From: Candidatus Bathyarchaeota archaeon
GTDB lineage: Archaea; Thermoproteota; Bathyarchaeia; Bathyarchaeales; Bathycorpusculaceae
Reading direction: 5' to 3'
Assembly (NCBI GenBank): GCA_963707955.1
Contig: OY970176.1
Coordinates: 2,080,001-2,144,000 of the forward strand
DNA: 64,000 bases
Within the stretch, counting starts at the first letter, position 1, and the number at the start of each line of letters is the position of its first letter. This document shows positions 1 to 9,386 of the stretch, one piece after another. The translations under genes and the position numbers were made by a program. The notes beneath the pieces were generated by a model, which searched no databases, was not told the DNA's origin, and was given only the letters and a program-made list of their open reading frames with translations.

Positions 1-1
1 C

Positions 2-331
2 TATAATCCTGAATGGGCGAAGCTGATGCAGGAAGCTGTGTGGAAACAATTGAAAGGAAAAGAACAACTAGACGTGAGTTTACAAATAAGGTTAGAATTC
101 TTCTTAACGAAAAGTCGTTATGAAGGTAAAATGGACGTAGACAACATGATAAAAACCGTTATTGACAGCCTTAATGCTAATGAACACGATGATAGAACAG
201 AATATCCGATTTATGACGATTGTTGGATAGAGAACATTGAGGCAACGAAAATCCCCACAGAAGAACCCGATTTTCGAAAAGAGAAAACCCATATCGAAAT
301 ATGGGAATGGAGTGAAGCAAAGATAAACTAG
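2..331 (+). CDS. rusA: RusA-family Holliday junction resolvase (5' partial)
   Basis: DVDNMIKTVIDSL...DDCWI matches the RusA D-x-DN-x2-K...D...DD catalytic pattern; the frame is open to the window edge. Confidence 0.7.
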   Translation, partial: YNPEWAKLMQEAVWKQLKGKEQLDVSLQIRLEFFLTKSRYEGKMDVDNMIKTVIDSLNANEHDDRTEYPIYDDCWIENIEATKIPTEEPDFRKEKTHIEIWEWSEAKIN

Positions 332-417
332 GGATTAAAGCCGCGCGCATAAGAGAGTAAACAGATGTCCTTTTCATTATCACACTTTCTATTGCACCTC
401 TCGCGCGTTTTCGCAGG

Positions 418-1398
418 TCATTTTGACAGGTCATAGGATTGTTTTATCAGTTCCATGGCATAGTCTAATTGGTCTTTGATGGTCATCTTGAACTCTCTTT
501 CTCCTGCTTTGAAGAACCAGTGATATTCTTTGTCTCCGGTCCATTTCTTGGGATCTCTGAATGCTGCTGGGTCAGTTCTTATTCTGACTTTCAGGGCAGG
601 TTTTGTGAGAAACAGGCCTGTGAAGGCTAATTTTCTGCCAGATATTTCCTTGTAGAAAAGGTAATCGGGCCCGCTTGGCCTGTGGGATACATTCCCAAGC
701 TGCGTTATTCTATTTGTCAAAGCCTTGGCGATTTCTCTCACGTTTTCGTCGACCGAAGCGAGCTTTTCCTCCCAGTTTGGATGCTCAGGTGGCGGTAGAG
801 GAGGCTTGGAAAGTGGATCAAACAAGTATGCGTGAACGGTTTCGGCATTTTCTCTCACGTAGGTTTTGAATTCAATTATATGGGTTGGATATTTTAGGAC
901 TCGACATGCCTCTTGTACTTCTGGAGTTCTCTGGTCTATTATGATCACTATTCTCGGGGGAGTGGAAAGTAGCTTTGATAAAAAGTAGTGGATATCATCT
1001 AAGTCGGTTAGTTTTTTCACGGTGGCTTTCATCACGCCGTCCTTGTCTATTTTTTCGTATAACATTTCGAGAATCTGACTTCTGGCGTTTTGATTTTCGA
1101 TGCCGTTGATGAATTTCGTGAGTTGTTTCACGACATGATCGTATACTGGATGAGAGGCAAGTTCATTCTCTACGACGTACCATTCAGGAGGCTTTGACAG
1201 GTTGATGACGTACGCGTCCGGAATGGAACCGATTCCCGAAGCTGTTTTAAGGACGTGTTTGACGTCAAAGTACAGGGAGTTTTCGCCGAATATTTCTTTT
1301 GAGTGCTCCCTCACGATGGGATGAAACTCTTTCTCTTCGTCCTTGGGCGTCCACATGTTAAACTTGACCCCATCCATTATGATCATACGAATCAGCAA
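418..1398 (-). CDS. Putative PD-(D/E)xK-like nuclease with C-terminal DUF5655-like domain
   Basis: N-terminal IPDAYVI...VVENEL motif; C-terminal domain ending DQLDYAMELIKQSY resembles DUF5655. Confidence 0.55.
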   Translation of the reverse strand: MLIRMIIMDGVKFNMWTPKDEEKEFHPIVREHSKEIFGENSLYFDVKHVLKTASGIGSIPDAYVINLSKPPEWYVVENELASHPVYDHVVKQLTKFINGIENQNARSQILEMLYEKIDKDGVMKATVKKLTDLDDIHYFLSKLLSTPPRIVIIIDQRTPEVQEACRVLKYPTHIIEFKTYVRENAETVHAYLFDPLSKPPLPPPEHPNWEEKLASVDENVREIAKALTNRITQLGNVSHRPSGPDYLFYKEISGRKLAFTGLFLTKPALKVRIRTDPAAFRDPKKWTGDKEYHWFFKAGEREFKMTIKDQLDYAMELIKQSYDLSK

Positions 1399-1637
1399 GA
1401 ATGTTATAACTGTGAAAAGTATTTAACACTTGAACTTTCGATTATTTCTAAGAGGCAGGGCTTCTATGACTGAGGCTGATACTTGTCTTAAGTATGCGGT
1501 TCTTAAACTACATAGTGCTGGTTGCTCTGCTGATCAGATGATAGCACGCGCGCCAATTAGGAATAATAGTCTGCCTAATTCTTATATTCGAAGCGACAGA
1601 TATCCTCTTTAGCTGATTTGTCAAGAGAGAAGAATAG

Positions 1638-4232
1638 ATGCGAGAGGAGACTGCTATCGTCGGCGATTCAGATTTCTCAATGGATAAGAAGGGATACAAA
1701 GAACCTGAAAAAGCAGCGGCAACATTACTGAACGGTTTGTCCAAACTGATTGCAGTTCCAGAAGAAGGCACAACTTACAGCACACATGGAATACATCCTT
1801 ATGCTGCCAAGTTCATACCCCAAGTGCCTGCCAAGATAATTGAAGAGTGCGTCAATGAAAGACATACTGTTCTTGACCCCTTTTGTGGTTCAGGGACGAC
1901 ATTGTTGGAAGCATACATCAGAGGTATTCGTTCCATCGGTTTCGATGTCAACCCAATTGCAGTCATGGTAAGCAGAGTTAAGACGACAAAACTTTCGAAA
2001 GAAGATTGGGATAGCATTGAGTCGGCGGTTCTGAGCATACAGGCAAAACTCAAAGCTAAGGATTACTCAGAGAACTGGATCCCGAGAATTCCAAAGATTG
2101 ATCATTGGTTCCACAACAACATCTCTATGGATTTGGGATTAATTGCTGGCGAGCTGAAAAAAATTGACAACGTTAAGGCACGGAATTTTCTTGAAGTTGT
2201 GTTCTCATCTATAATAGTTTCTGTATCGAACCAAGAGAGCGAAACGAGATTTGCAGCCATAGACAAAAATCTCGGATCCGACATAGTGCAGACTTTGTTC
2301 TTGCGCAAAGTCAAGAGTATGTCAAAGAAACTTAAAGAACTCTCCTCTCAGTTGGAGAACAAACGGGTTGAGAGCAAAGTTTTTCTTGCAGATACAAGAA
2401 CGATGACGAAATACATCCCTCTGCGCTCAATAGACCTGGTAGTGACTTCTCCACCCTACCTCAACAGCTACGATTACTACCTGTATCACAAGTTCAGGAT
2501 ATATTGGCTGGGTTTTGACAAGGAAGTGACTAATGTCGAAAATGTGAAACACCTAGAACTTGGTTCACGTTTTCACTATTCAGGCACGAATGGCAGGTCC
2601 GTTGACGAGTTTCGACACGAGATGAAGGAGTGCTTCTCTGAGATAGCAAAAGTAACTAAACTGGGGAAGCTAATCTTCGTCCTAGTAGGTGATTCGATAG
2701 TCCGTAAGAAATTCATTGAGATGGACAAGTTTTACGAGGAAATCTGCAAAGAAATTGGCTTGCCTCTTGTAGCTAAGACATCTTATCTCCTTCGAGACAT
2801 AACTCGATCATTCAAGTCACAAAATGCAGCTCTGAAGAACTCCTTTATCAAGCGTCAGCACATCTTGGTATTTCAGAATTTGCATCATCTTCCCAAGCCG
2901 GAGATCAAAACACAAGGTGTGGCGGTTTCTGAGAAGCAGGTGTCCTTTCCAACAGCAAACCTGGTTGTAAAGGAAATACCTAAAGTAGTTATGAATGGAA
3001 CGACCCTTAGGATTGACAATAATAATGTGGCGAGTTACACCCATGGCATGATTAAGTATCCGTCGAAGTTCATACCCGACATTCCACGCTGGGCCATCAT
3101 AAACTACTCAAGTGATGGAGATCGCATTCTAGACCCTTTTGTTGGTTGCGGTACAACGATGGTTGAGTCTCGCTTGCTCGGACGAAACAGCATAGGACTC
3201 GACATAAATCCTTTGGCCGTCCTAGCATCTAACGTTAAAGCGAATCCGCTGTCTGGAGACTCACTGGAGAGAGAATTGGAGAGAATTCTCGTAAGAATTA
3301 GAGAAATTCAGTTTACCGACCTTCCCGAGTTTCCGTTACGTGATTTTTGGTTTGACCGCAGAATATTGGAAAAATTATGTAAAATCCGCGCTGCGATTTT
3401 TGAACAAAACGACCTTGATCTCCAGGGTTTTTTCCTTCTAGTACTAGGCAGCATAGTGAAACCATGCTCTTTTTGGGATGAGTCGCAGATCAAAATAGAA
3501 CGTGATCAGAAAAAACTGCTTCAAGGCGTACCAGATCCAGAGGATTTGTTCACAAGAAAATCAATTTCTGCAATTAGGGGAATGAAGAGATTCGCCGCTG
3601 TCGCTTCTCCAAAGACTTACGCGCAGTCGTTTGTTTGCGATTCCACAAAGATTCCGAAAAGTGCCGTCAGATATGACCAGACATATCTACTTAATGAATT
3701 TGATTTGGTTGTAACGTCTCCCCCCTACATTAACGCAATAAACTACTCTATGTTCACGAGGTTTGAGTTATTCCTTTTGAACTTGGTTAACCCTAATTCG
3801 TACATCACCCATCAAAGAGACTACATTGGCACCGAAAGAGTCTATTCCTGCGAATACGAGCGGATAGAGGATTTTGCTTTAGGACGAAGGTCATTTGATG
3901 ATCTCAACCAAAGGATCAGCAAGATTTGCAAATTAGAACCGAAGCGTGCATACATAACGAGAAGATATCTTGATCTTATGGCAAAATCAATGGAAGAGAT
4001 TCATCGCGTGCTTAGACCCGATGGAAAGTTCGTGTTTGTCGTAGGATCAAACACTATAAAAGGTGTTGAAATTCCGACTTTTGATATACTTAGACAATGT
4101 GCCGAGGAAATTGGATTCCACACTGTCAACGTTTTCTCCTACCAAATTCAAAGGCACAGATTCAAGATTACACGGCACGTGACAGGGAGGAAAATTAACA
4201 TTGACAATATAATAGTCATGGAGAGAGAATGA
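1638..4232 (+). CDS. DNA methyltransferase with two tandem amino-MTase (N4-cytosine-type) domains
   Basis: Two SAM motifs (LDPFCGSGTT, LDPFVGCGTT), two TSPPY catalytic motifs, two THG..xYxxKFIP N-terminal motifs. Confidence 0.9.
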   Translation: MREETAIVGDSDFSMDKKGYKEPEKAAATLLNGLSKLIAVPEEGTTYSTHGIHPYAAKFIPQVPAKIIEECVNERHTVLDPFCGSGTTLLEAYIRGIRSIGFDVNPIAVMVSRVKTTKLSKEDWDSIESAVLSIQAKLKAKDYSENWIPRIPKIDHWFHNNISMDLGLIAGELKKIDNVKARNFLEVVFSSIIVSVSNQESETRFAAIDKNLGSDIVQTLFLRKVKSMSKKLKELSSQLENKRVESKVFLADTRTMTKYIPLRSIDLVVTSPPYLNSYDYYLYHKFRIYWLGFDKEVTNVENVKHLELGSRFHYSGTNGRSVDEFRHEMKECFSEIAKVTKLGKLIFVLVGDSIVRKKFIEMDKFYEEICKEIGLPLVAKTSYLLRDITRSFKSQNAALKNSFIKRQHILVFQNLHHLPKPEIKTQGVAVSEKQVSFPTANLVVKEIPKVVMNGTTLRIDNNNVASYTHGMIKYPSKFIPDIPRWAIINYSSDGDRILDPFVGCGTTMVESRLLGRNSIGLDINPLAVLASNVKANPLSGDSLERELERILVRIREIQFTDLPEFPLRDFWFDRRILEKLCKIRAAIFEQNDLDLQGFFLLVLGSIVKPCSFWDESQIKIERDQKKLLQGVPDPEDLFTRKSISAIRGMKRFAAVASPKTYAQSFVCDSTKIPKSAVRYDQTYLLNEFDLVVTSPPYINAINYSMFTRFELFLLNLVNPNSYITHQRDYIGTERVYSCEYERIEDFALGRRSFDDLNQRISKICKLEPKRAYITRRYLDLMAKSMEEIHRVLRPDGKFVFVVGSNTIKGVEIPTFDILRQCAEEIGFHTVNVFSYQIQRHRFKITRHVTGRKINIDNIIVMERE

Positions 4233-5446
4233 TGGCTCACCCTTTGAGATGGACACTCTTCTACCACAGAGAAACGAGCAGACCACTTGCGGAATTCCTG
4301 AGGGATAATACAAAACTGAAGCAGTACGGCGACGACGTCGTCATTCATGCATTGCCCAATACTAATTCCAATCCTCAATTTGGATTGCTGCCCTATGGTG
4401 TCCGAAGACTACTCTTTTTCGGACATCCTGATGTTATACTGAGCTATTACGATGGAATTCAGCCAGAGAGAGCGGTCTTTGCTTGGGAAATCACCGACGC
4501 AAAACCTGCGACAGATCATTGGATGCAGAGGTTTACGAGTTTAGTAGGTGCATGCGAAACTGGAGTTCCGAGCGTGTTCATTCTAAGATTTGAAACGATC
4601 ACTGATGCTTGGTCATCCAAAATCAAATCCGAGTTCTTCTACGCCTACAACAGAGTCATGGATATTCACCGGATCCCTATCTATATTGCGAATTGGCAGT
4701 CGGATTCAGCAGGCAGACTCCAAGAAGATCCCCAGTATCCAGGAATTCCAGATAGAAGAAGTACTCCAATGGTAGATTCGATTGCTTTTTTTGAGATGGT
4801 TATGGAATATACTGTTCATGGAAGAGACTTTAGGAATTTGCCTCAAGAACGGCTTATCGTAGAACTAAGGGATAAGCTAGTAGTCCAGATTTCTCAAATA
4901 CCAAAGCCTTCAGATTATGAAAGGTTGTGTGTGGCAGATAGGAATGGAATCGTGGACACATCGTCAGCATTGGATTACATCAAGGGAAAAGTGAAACGAG
5001 AATTACCAGAAATTCCGGAGAGAATCAAGAATCGCAGAAAGAGTCTTGTGTTTGTTCCGCGCCCTCAGATTCTCTCGAGAAGGCGCAGGAATCCCAAAGA
5101 AAGTCTGCTTGGCAGAATCCAAAAAAGAAATGGTAATCCCTACAATGGAATGCCACTTGCTTTTGATTTCATGTTTTGTCGGCTGGGAATCACGCCCCGC
5201 GAAAGAGACGTAAACCTTATCATAGATCTAAGCGAATTGTCGTTTGCGGACTTTGCAAGCTTTCACAAGAGCATACATGATGCAAGTCCTTTGGGCAGTA
5301 TTTCGCAACCTTCCCGGCGCATTCTTCCCAAGTATTCTTTGCATCTGACACAAGGTTATTCGCACGAGTTGAAAGACTTTATACGTCAGTATTGCTACGC
5401 CGCTGACATCTTAGTCTTTAAGGATTTTGTGGTGCCATTTTATTGA
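4229..5446 (+). CDS. Putative restriction endonuclease (large subunit)
   Basis: Overlaps the MTase stop codon; GHPDVIL...WEITDAK resembles a PD-(D/E)xK active site. Confidence 0.6.
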   Translation: MMAHPLRWTLFYHRETSRPLAEFLRDNTKLKQYGDDVVIHALPNTNSNPQFGLLPYGVRRLLFFGHPDVILSYYDGIQPERAVFAWEITDAKPATDHWMQRFTSLVGACETGVPSVFILRFETITDAWSSKIKSEFFYAYNRVMDIHRIPIYIANWQSDSAGRLQEDPQYPGIPDRRSTPMVDSIAFFEMVMEYTVHGRDFRNLPQERLIVELRDKLVVQISQIPKPSDYERLCVADRNGIVDTSSALDYIKGKVKRELPEIPERIKNRRKSLVFVPRPQILSRRRRNPKESLLGRIQKRNGNPYNGMPLAFDFMFCRLGITPRERDVNLIIDLSELSFADFASFHKSIHDASPLGSISQPSRRILPKYSLHLTQGYSHELKDFIRQYCYAADILVFKDFVVPFY

Positions 5447-5958
5447 ATGTGAGGAGAATAACCGAAGGCGAAGTGCAATGCCTTATTCGCCGTTTTCTCT
5501 TGGAGAATGGCTTTGGGCTCTATACAAAGACTATCAAAGGAGAACCTCTTCACTACAGAATTGCTTTTACGAATCCGCCGAGATTCAAAAGACCTGATCA
5601 CGTCGCAATCAGAAGGAATGCTGTTTTGATTTTTGAAGACAAAGTCAAATATGCCGATTTGTTCAGAGGCAAATGCTCTGATTTGGAAAAGATATCGTCT
5701 TTCTTGAATAACGTGCAGGCCATGAGTGAGTTCAGGAAGCTTCTTGGAAATGTTGAGCCGCCTCCTAGGGATCCGTTGATTGTAGGAGCACTTGCCTCTT
5801 TCCTACCCAACAAATCTAGTCGCACGATTCCCGAAAGTTACGTATACTTGGGCATCAAAGAAGGCGTAGACGGCTTTCTCGTAGAACTATGTCAAGATGC
5901 CAGTCTCAAAAGGCTTTTCGAGCGTAGCTTATGCAAAATTAGCTTTTCTGAAGTTTAA
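5443..5958 (+). CDS. Small PD-(D/E)xK nuclease (putative second REase subunit)
   Basis: E...RPDHVAI...IFEDK motif; translationally coupled to the upstream gene. Confidence 0.6.
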   Translation: MNVRRITEGEVQCLIRRFLLENGFGLYTKTIKGEPLHYRIAFTNPPRFKRPDHVAIRRNAVLIFEDKVKYADLFRGKCSDLEKISSFLNNVQAMSEFRKLLGNVEPPPRDPLIVGALASFLPNKSSRTIPESYVYLGIKEGVDGFLVELCQDASLKRLFERSLCKISFSEV

Positions 5959-6366
5959 TACGCATTGTCAAGACAATTCTTGCCTCAAAAAATCGACATG
6001 GCAGCTCAATTTTGCATGAGCACCATCAGAGAATATAAGCGTCTTCAAGGCAAATCCCGCGCGCGCTGACACTCACGCCAATAACTCTCAGCCTTTTAGC
6101 CCTGACCGTGGCATTCGCAGCCGCAGGAATCTTTCGCCAACAACGAGCCACAATCAGATCCCAGTTGGAGAACGAATCCGATAACTAACAATTCGCAACA
6201 TCAGAGAAACCCAGCGTGTGTTGGAGACCATACTGCCCTATGGAAAAGACGGGCGGTCTTCAATACCTCACGCGTCAATATGGATGATTGAGCTTACGTA
6301 GACCCAAGAGCGCGCGCAGTCGCTCACACCATGACCACCTCAACGTGACGCACCGCCAAGACCGGT

Positions 6367-6954
6367 TCACGTTTTAGCCTTTTCATTGCTCTTGAGTTCT
6401 TCTCGGATTTGACGTATCTTCTTCAAAAATTCTTGCGATTGTTCTTCTGTATAGTCATGGTCCGCAAACTGTTTCTTGATCTCTCCGATTCTTTCTGACA
6501 TAGTAGCCGCTGCAGGCTTGAGAGGCGGCTCTTCCTTGGCCACTGGCTTCTCTTTCACCCTTGATTTACTCTCGCCTCTCTTGCGAGCCTGTTCAAGCCG
6601 CCTAATCATAAGAGCCTCTTGGATCTCTTTGCGCAGCTGCGGGTCTGCAACCTCTTTCAAAGCCTGCAACAACATCGATTCTACAGAAGCATCATTCTCA
6701 TCCGTAACACGGATCCAATGCTTCTCGTTCGTGTACCAGTTGAGCAGCACGCGGGCATGGGCTTCAACACCTTCGGACCTTGCCTTTGCCATGCCTTGTA
6801 TCATGTTCAAAACGGTCAATGCTGAACCGTTCCGCAGGATAACCCTAAGATACTCTTCTATTGGCTCAGATGGCCGCAGCTTTTCATGGCTGCAAAGATC
6901 TCGGTAAGCTTCCCATACCTGAGCATCGATCCACATGCCTGTCTGCTTCTTCAA
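6367..6954 (-). CDS. Hypothetical protein with an N-terminal ribbon-helix-helix-like segment
   Basis: MKKQTGMWIDAQVWEAYRDLC...PSEPIEEYLR fits the RHH pattern; charged C-terminus. Confidence 0.5.
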   Translation of the reverse strand: MKKQTGMWIDAQVWEAYRDLCSHEKLRPSEPIEEYLRVILRNGSALTVLNMIQGMAKARSEGVEAHARVLLNWYTNEKHWIRVTDENDASVESMLLQALKEVADPQLRKEIQEALMIRRLEQARKRGESKSRVKEKPVAKEEPPLKPAAATMSERIGEIKKQFADHDYTEEQSQEFLKKIRQIREELKSNEKAKT

Positions 6955-7005
6955 GGCTTGTTACCACACAACATTACCATAGACGTTACTTAAAAAGAGG
7001 GGGGG
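6914..7005 (-). repeat. ~90-bp repeat; inverted copies at 21,111-21,202 and 27,095-27,186
   Basis: gtaacgtct(a/g)tggtaatgttgtgtggtaacaagccttgaagaag(c/t)agacagg..tgtggatcgatgct is shared in opposite orientation. Confidence 0.9.
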
Positions 7006-7239
7006 GGGCGGGCGCGCGGTAGCACAGACTCGCACTCAGGCGCTAACGTTTTGGGATCACAAGCCGTATGAGTATCTGCTCAAGAGAGCAAGTAGATGTA
7101 TCTCCTAGTGGACGTTCCGAAAACCTTGAACGCCTCTTCGCAGGCTCCGGAATTTGCGTGCCTGTTCTCTGATGAAGTTTCTGCAAAGAGCATGCCTAAA
7201 TACTTCAGGCCTTAGATGAGAGTCGGGGGTGAGCGATGC

Positions 7240-7389
7240 ATGGCTAAGGATCCTGTTTGCGGGATGATGGTGGACGAGAAAACTGCGAAGTTTAAGTCGC
7301 AGCACAGGGGCAAGACCTACTACTTCTGTGCTCAGGCTTGCAAGACAGCGTTCGACGAGAACCCATCAAGATACGTCATTGGACAATAG
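7240..7389 (+). CDS. YHS-domain protein (49 aa, not in the ORF track)
   Basis: MAKDPVCGMMVDEKTAKFKSQHRGKTYYFCAQACKTAFDENPSRY is a canonical YHS sequence; GGGGTGA SD-like motif upstream. Confidence 0.9.
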   Translation: MAKDPVCGMMVDEKTAKFKSQHRGKTYYFCAQACKTAFDENPSRYVIGQ

Positions 7390-7542
7390 AGTCAAGAGCT
7401 GTGGCTTGCTCGGCTGCGAAGTTCACCCCAGCCTCTATCACGCGCGCGTTGCGCAAGCGTGCGGTGGGTTCCCAAGATCTGGAGAACTGCGTCCCTTTCT
7501 TTCATCCGCTCGGCCTCTTCCTGAGCCTTCACCATACAATGT

Positions 7543-8187
7543 CTAACGGGCAGCGAGCATGACGTGGTCTAAGAAGATGTTCTCGGGCACGGCTCCGACG
7601 AATTCTATCTGCTCGTTTATAACTATCTTTGGGACTCCCATGACTCCGTATTTGGAGGCCAACTGTGGAAACTCGCCTGCGTCGATGACGTCTGCTTTTA
7701 TAAGCTCGTTCTCGACGGCGAACTTGTGAGCCATGCTTGCCGCGGCTGGACAGTGTGGACACGTGAGTGTCACGAAGACTTGAATGTGAACGGGCGTTCT
7801 GACCGTTTGAAGCTTCAACTTCGTCTCTTCTGACAGGTCTGTTCTGCCGCGCGAAACGACCGTTAAAGCTGACATCAATGTTTGAAACTCGTATCCGTAC
7901 GGAAGTCCGTAGAGCCTCACGCCGTAATCTCTCTGTCCCACAAGAACGACAGCTGGGATCTTGTCCACCCCGAACTGCTTGGCCAGCTCAGCGTCCGCGA
8001 CGAAATCATGAACCTCAGCTTGGATCTTATCGTTTAACGCGGCGATTTCTGTCACCAACTGTTTGGTCTGCACGCACATTTGGCATTCCAACTGCTGAGT
8101 AAACATGATCAGTCTCACAGGGTTCACGAGGTTTTCGGCAAGCTCATTTTTTATGTGTTCCCTGTGCTCATCAGGTATCAGACTCAT
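7543..8187 (-). CDS. Protein disulfide oxidoreductase (archaeal glutaredoxin-like, two thioredoxin folds)
   Basis: CQMC and CPHC motifs; GVMGVPKIVIN. Confidence 0.9.
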   Translation of the reverse strand: MSLIPDEHREHIKNELAENLVNPVRLIMFTQQLECQMCVQTKQLVTEIAALNDKIQAEVHDFVADAELAKQFGVDKIPAVVLVGQRDYGVRLYGLPYGYEFQTLMSALTVVSRGRTDLSEETKLKLQTVRTPVHIQVFVTLTCPHCPAAASMAHKFAVENELIKADVIDAGEFPQLASKYGVMGVPKIVINEQIEFVGAVPENIFLDHVMLAAR

Positions 8188-8385
8188 TCAGCCACACCAT
8201 CCGAACTATGGTTGAACATTTCGTTCCTTCAGAATCGACAAGGCGTAGATGATTCTTCACCTTCTACTGTTCCGGCTCTCCAGAATATTAACCTATAGCC
8301 GTTGACTAAAAAGGCATTATTCTCCTGCAAGAAGCTTTAACTTCCACATTTCCAGTTACACCCTCCTTGTTGAAGGCGATGTGCC

Positions 8386-8802
8386 GTGACAAAGCTTCAT
8401 GCAAGAGCAAAGCTGGTTGAAAACTATAGAATCGATGTTGACGACCAGAGGACACATGCAGTGTGTTTGGACCAGCCTTCCCCAGATGGAACTGACATGG
8501 GCCCCTCAGCATTGGACCTCTGTCTTATGAGTTTTGCAGGCTGCTACGCGACGATCTTCGTCTTGACGGCGAAGAAGATGAGGTTCTCACTCAAGAATCT
8601 GGAAGTCAACGTTGAAGCCGTGAAGTCCGAAGCCGTGGGAACGATAAGCGAAGCCAACGTTAACGTTCTTGTGGAAACCGATATGCCGAAGGACAGACTC
8701 CAAAGAGCACACGAACTGACCGTGCGGACCTGCCCCGTTGGAAAACTCTTTGAAAAAGCCGGAGTCAAAATGAGGTACAATCTGAGAAACACAACGGAAT
8801 AG
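8386..8802 (+). CDS. OsmC/Ohr-family protein
   Basis: GTDMGPSALDLCLMSFAGC...CPVG motif. Confidence 0.85.
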   Translation: MTKLHARAKLVENYRIDVDDQRTHAVCLDQPSPDGTDMGPSALDLCLMSFAGCYATIFVLTAKKMRFSLKNLEVNVEAVKSEAVGTISEANVNVLVETDMPKDRLQRAHELTVRTCPVGKLFEKAGVKMRYNLRNTTE

Positions 8803-8852
8803 TGCTGCTTTCATCCTCGCGTGTGCGCCAAGATTAGCGCGCGCTACTAATG

Positions 8853-9212
8853 CTATGATAATCTACATGGCAGAAGTTGAATTCTTCTGCAAGGCTCATG
8901 TTCATCATCTTCAGTTTCCAGCAACTCCATGATTTCACGGCAGTGGTACAAGAACTTCATGCCCCTTTCCGTTGGCTTGAACACCACTTTGTTCTTCAAA
9001 TGCACTTTGTCCAGCAACCTAGCATTCATCATGAGCCCGAGATAACCGTTCAGCATATCGTAACTCAGTCCTGCTCTCCACATAATATTGCTCTTCAAGA
9101 CTCCGCCACGGGCCATTTCCAGAATCTCCGCAACGATGGCTATTCTGTCCCTTTCGCGTTTCCTGAGCCGAATCTCCACAGTCTCCCTTCCCTTCCAGAA
9201 CTGAGAGAACAA
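8853..9212 (-). CDS. Archaeal winged-helix regulator (HTH_45 type)
   Basis: RDRIAIVAEILE...KSNIMWRAGLSY...YL...TERGMKFL. Confidence 0.8.
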   Translation of the reverse strand: MFSQFWKGRETVEIRLRKRERDRIAIVAEILEMARGGVLKSNIMWRAGLSYDMLNGYLGLMMNARLLDKVHLKNKVVFKPTERGMKFLYHCREIMELLETEDDEHEPCRRIQLLPCRLS

Positions 9213-9386
9213 ATGGTCAACGAGAAACTTAATTCTACGCTTTTGTACGCCCGTACAAATAATTTGAACCAGGCTGATTCATAGCCTAGACTGCTGTACA
9301 AATAATTTGAACTCTACCTTGCCATAGCTTGAACTGCAATCTCTCGGCACCGGTTAAACGCGCCCTGCGCGATGGGCGTCGCCGCG

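Noticed and set aside
6998-7008. Poly-G tract as a phase-variation switch
   Set aside because: Intergenic; the paralogous copy has an interrupted tract; no evidence of length variation
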